From assembly GCF_006345805.1 (NCBI RefSeq), contig NC_043013.1, forward strand, positions 15,004,001 through 15,068,000: a DNA stretch of 64,000 bases. The letters run 5' to 3'. Source of the stretch: Octopus sinensis (lineage: Eukaryota). The first letter of the stretch is position 1, and every line of letters begins with the position of its first letter. Below the pieces are notes generated by a model. It was given only the letters and a program-made list of their open reading frames with translations, searched no databases and was not told the DNA's origin. Shown in pieces: positions 63,362-64,000 of this stretch. The translations under genes and the position numbers were made by a program.

Positions 63362-64000
63362 TATTATTATTATAATTAATATTATTATTATTATTATTAG
63401 TGATAGTAGTAGTAATAGAAAGTTAACAAGCTGGCAGAATTGTTAGTGCATTGGACAAAAAGCTCAGCAACATTTCTTCTGGCTCTTGACAATCTGAGTT
63501 CAAATCCTATTGAATTCGACTTTACCTTTCAGCCTTTCAGGGTCAATAAGATAAAGCACCAGTTAAGTATTGAGATCAAAGTTATTTACTAATTCCCACT
63601 CTCAAAATTACTGGCCTAGTGCCTTAATTAGAAATCATCATCATAAGCACAATTATTATTATTATTAATAACCAAAATAACAAAAAACCCAAATACCCCA
63701 AAATAAATATGGCTATGTGAAATAAAATGCTTTTTTTTTTAAATATTTAAAAAAAATGGAAACAGTTTACTTGTGTGTGTGTGTGTGTTTGAGGAGATGG
63801 TGGGGGTCAATTTCTAAACAGTAATTCTTAAATAGTTAACAATGAAATAACTTACAGCAAAATAATTCAGACTGTTGAGGAAAAAGAGTTGGGGGTGGGG
63901 TTTAAAAAAATGAAAATCAATTTTCTTCTTGATTGAATTCATTATCTGTTAGTTCAAGCATTACGGGGAACAAATGCTAGAAATCAGAGGTCGCAGTTCC

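Noticed and set aside
47200-64000. Divergent or neighbouring protein-coding gene
   Set aside because: No chain of splice-flanked exons with recognisable protein was found; only repeats and AT-rich sequence. A long UTR cannot be excluded.

Overview
Eukaryotic, AT-rich, repeat-dense genomic DNA. The SINE families, (AAT)n/(TA)n microsatellites and gene architecture resemble an octopod cephalopod (inference). The window is dominated by the 5' half of a rotatin (RTTN) gene on the minus strand. I traced 25 phase-consistent GT-AG coding exons from ATG 46548 to ~1528 (~1,230 codons); the gene probably continues past the window start. Its introns hold an intact tRNA-Thr(TGT), many tRNA-derived SINEs, LINE fragments, a dead Tc1 transposon, Helitron/Helentron-like elements, MITEs, long fold-back palindromes and a 32-bp satellite. 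No protein-coding gene is supportable at 47-64 kb. The most interesting signals are: (1) hammerhead-ribozyme motifs, one near-intact and some at the centre of fold-back elements; (2) a minisatellite apparently born from an exon/intron junction that offers in-frame decoy splice donors; (3) a pre-miRNA-sized hairpin; (4) a higher-order duplication inside an E-box-rich satellite. No wholly new multi-gene system is evident.
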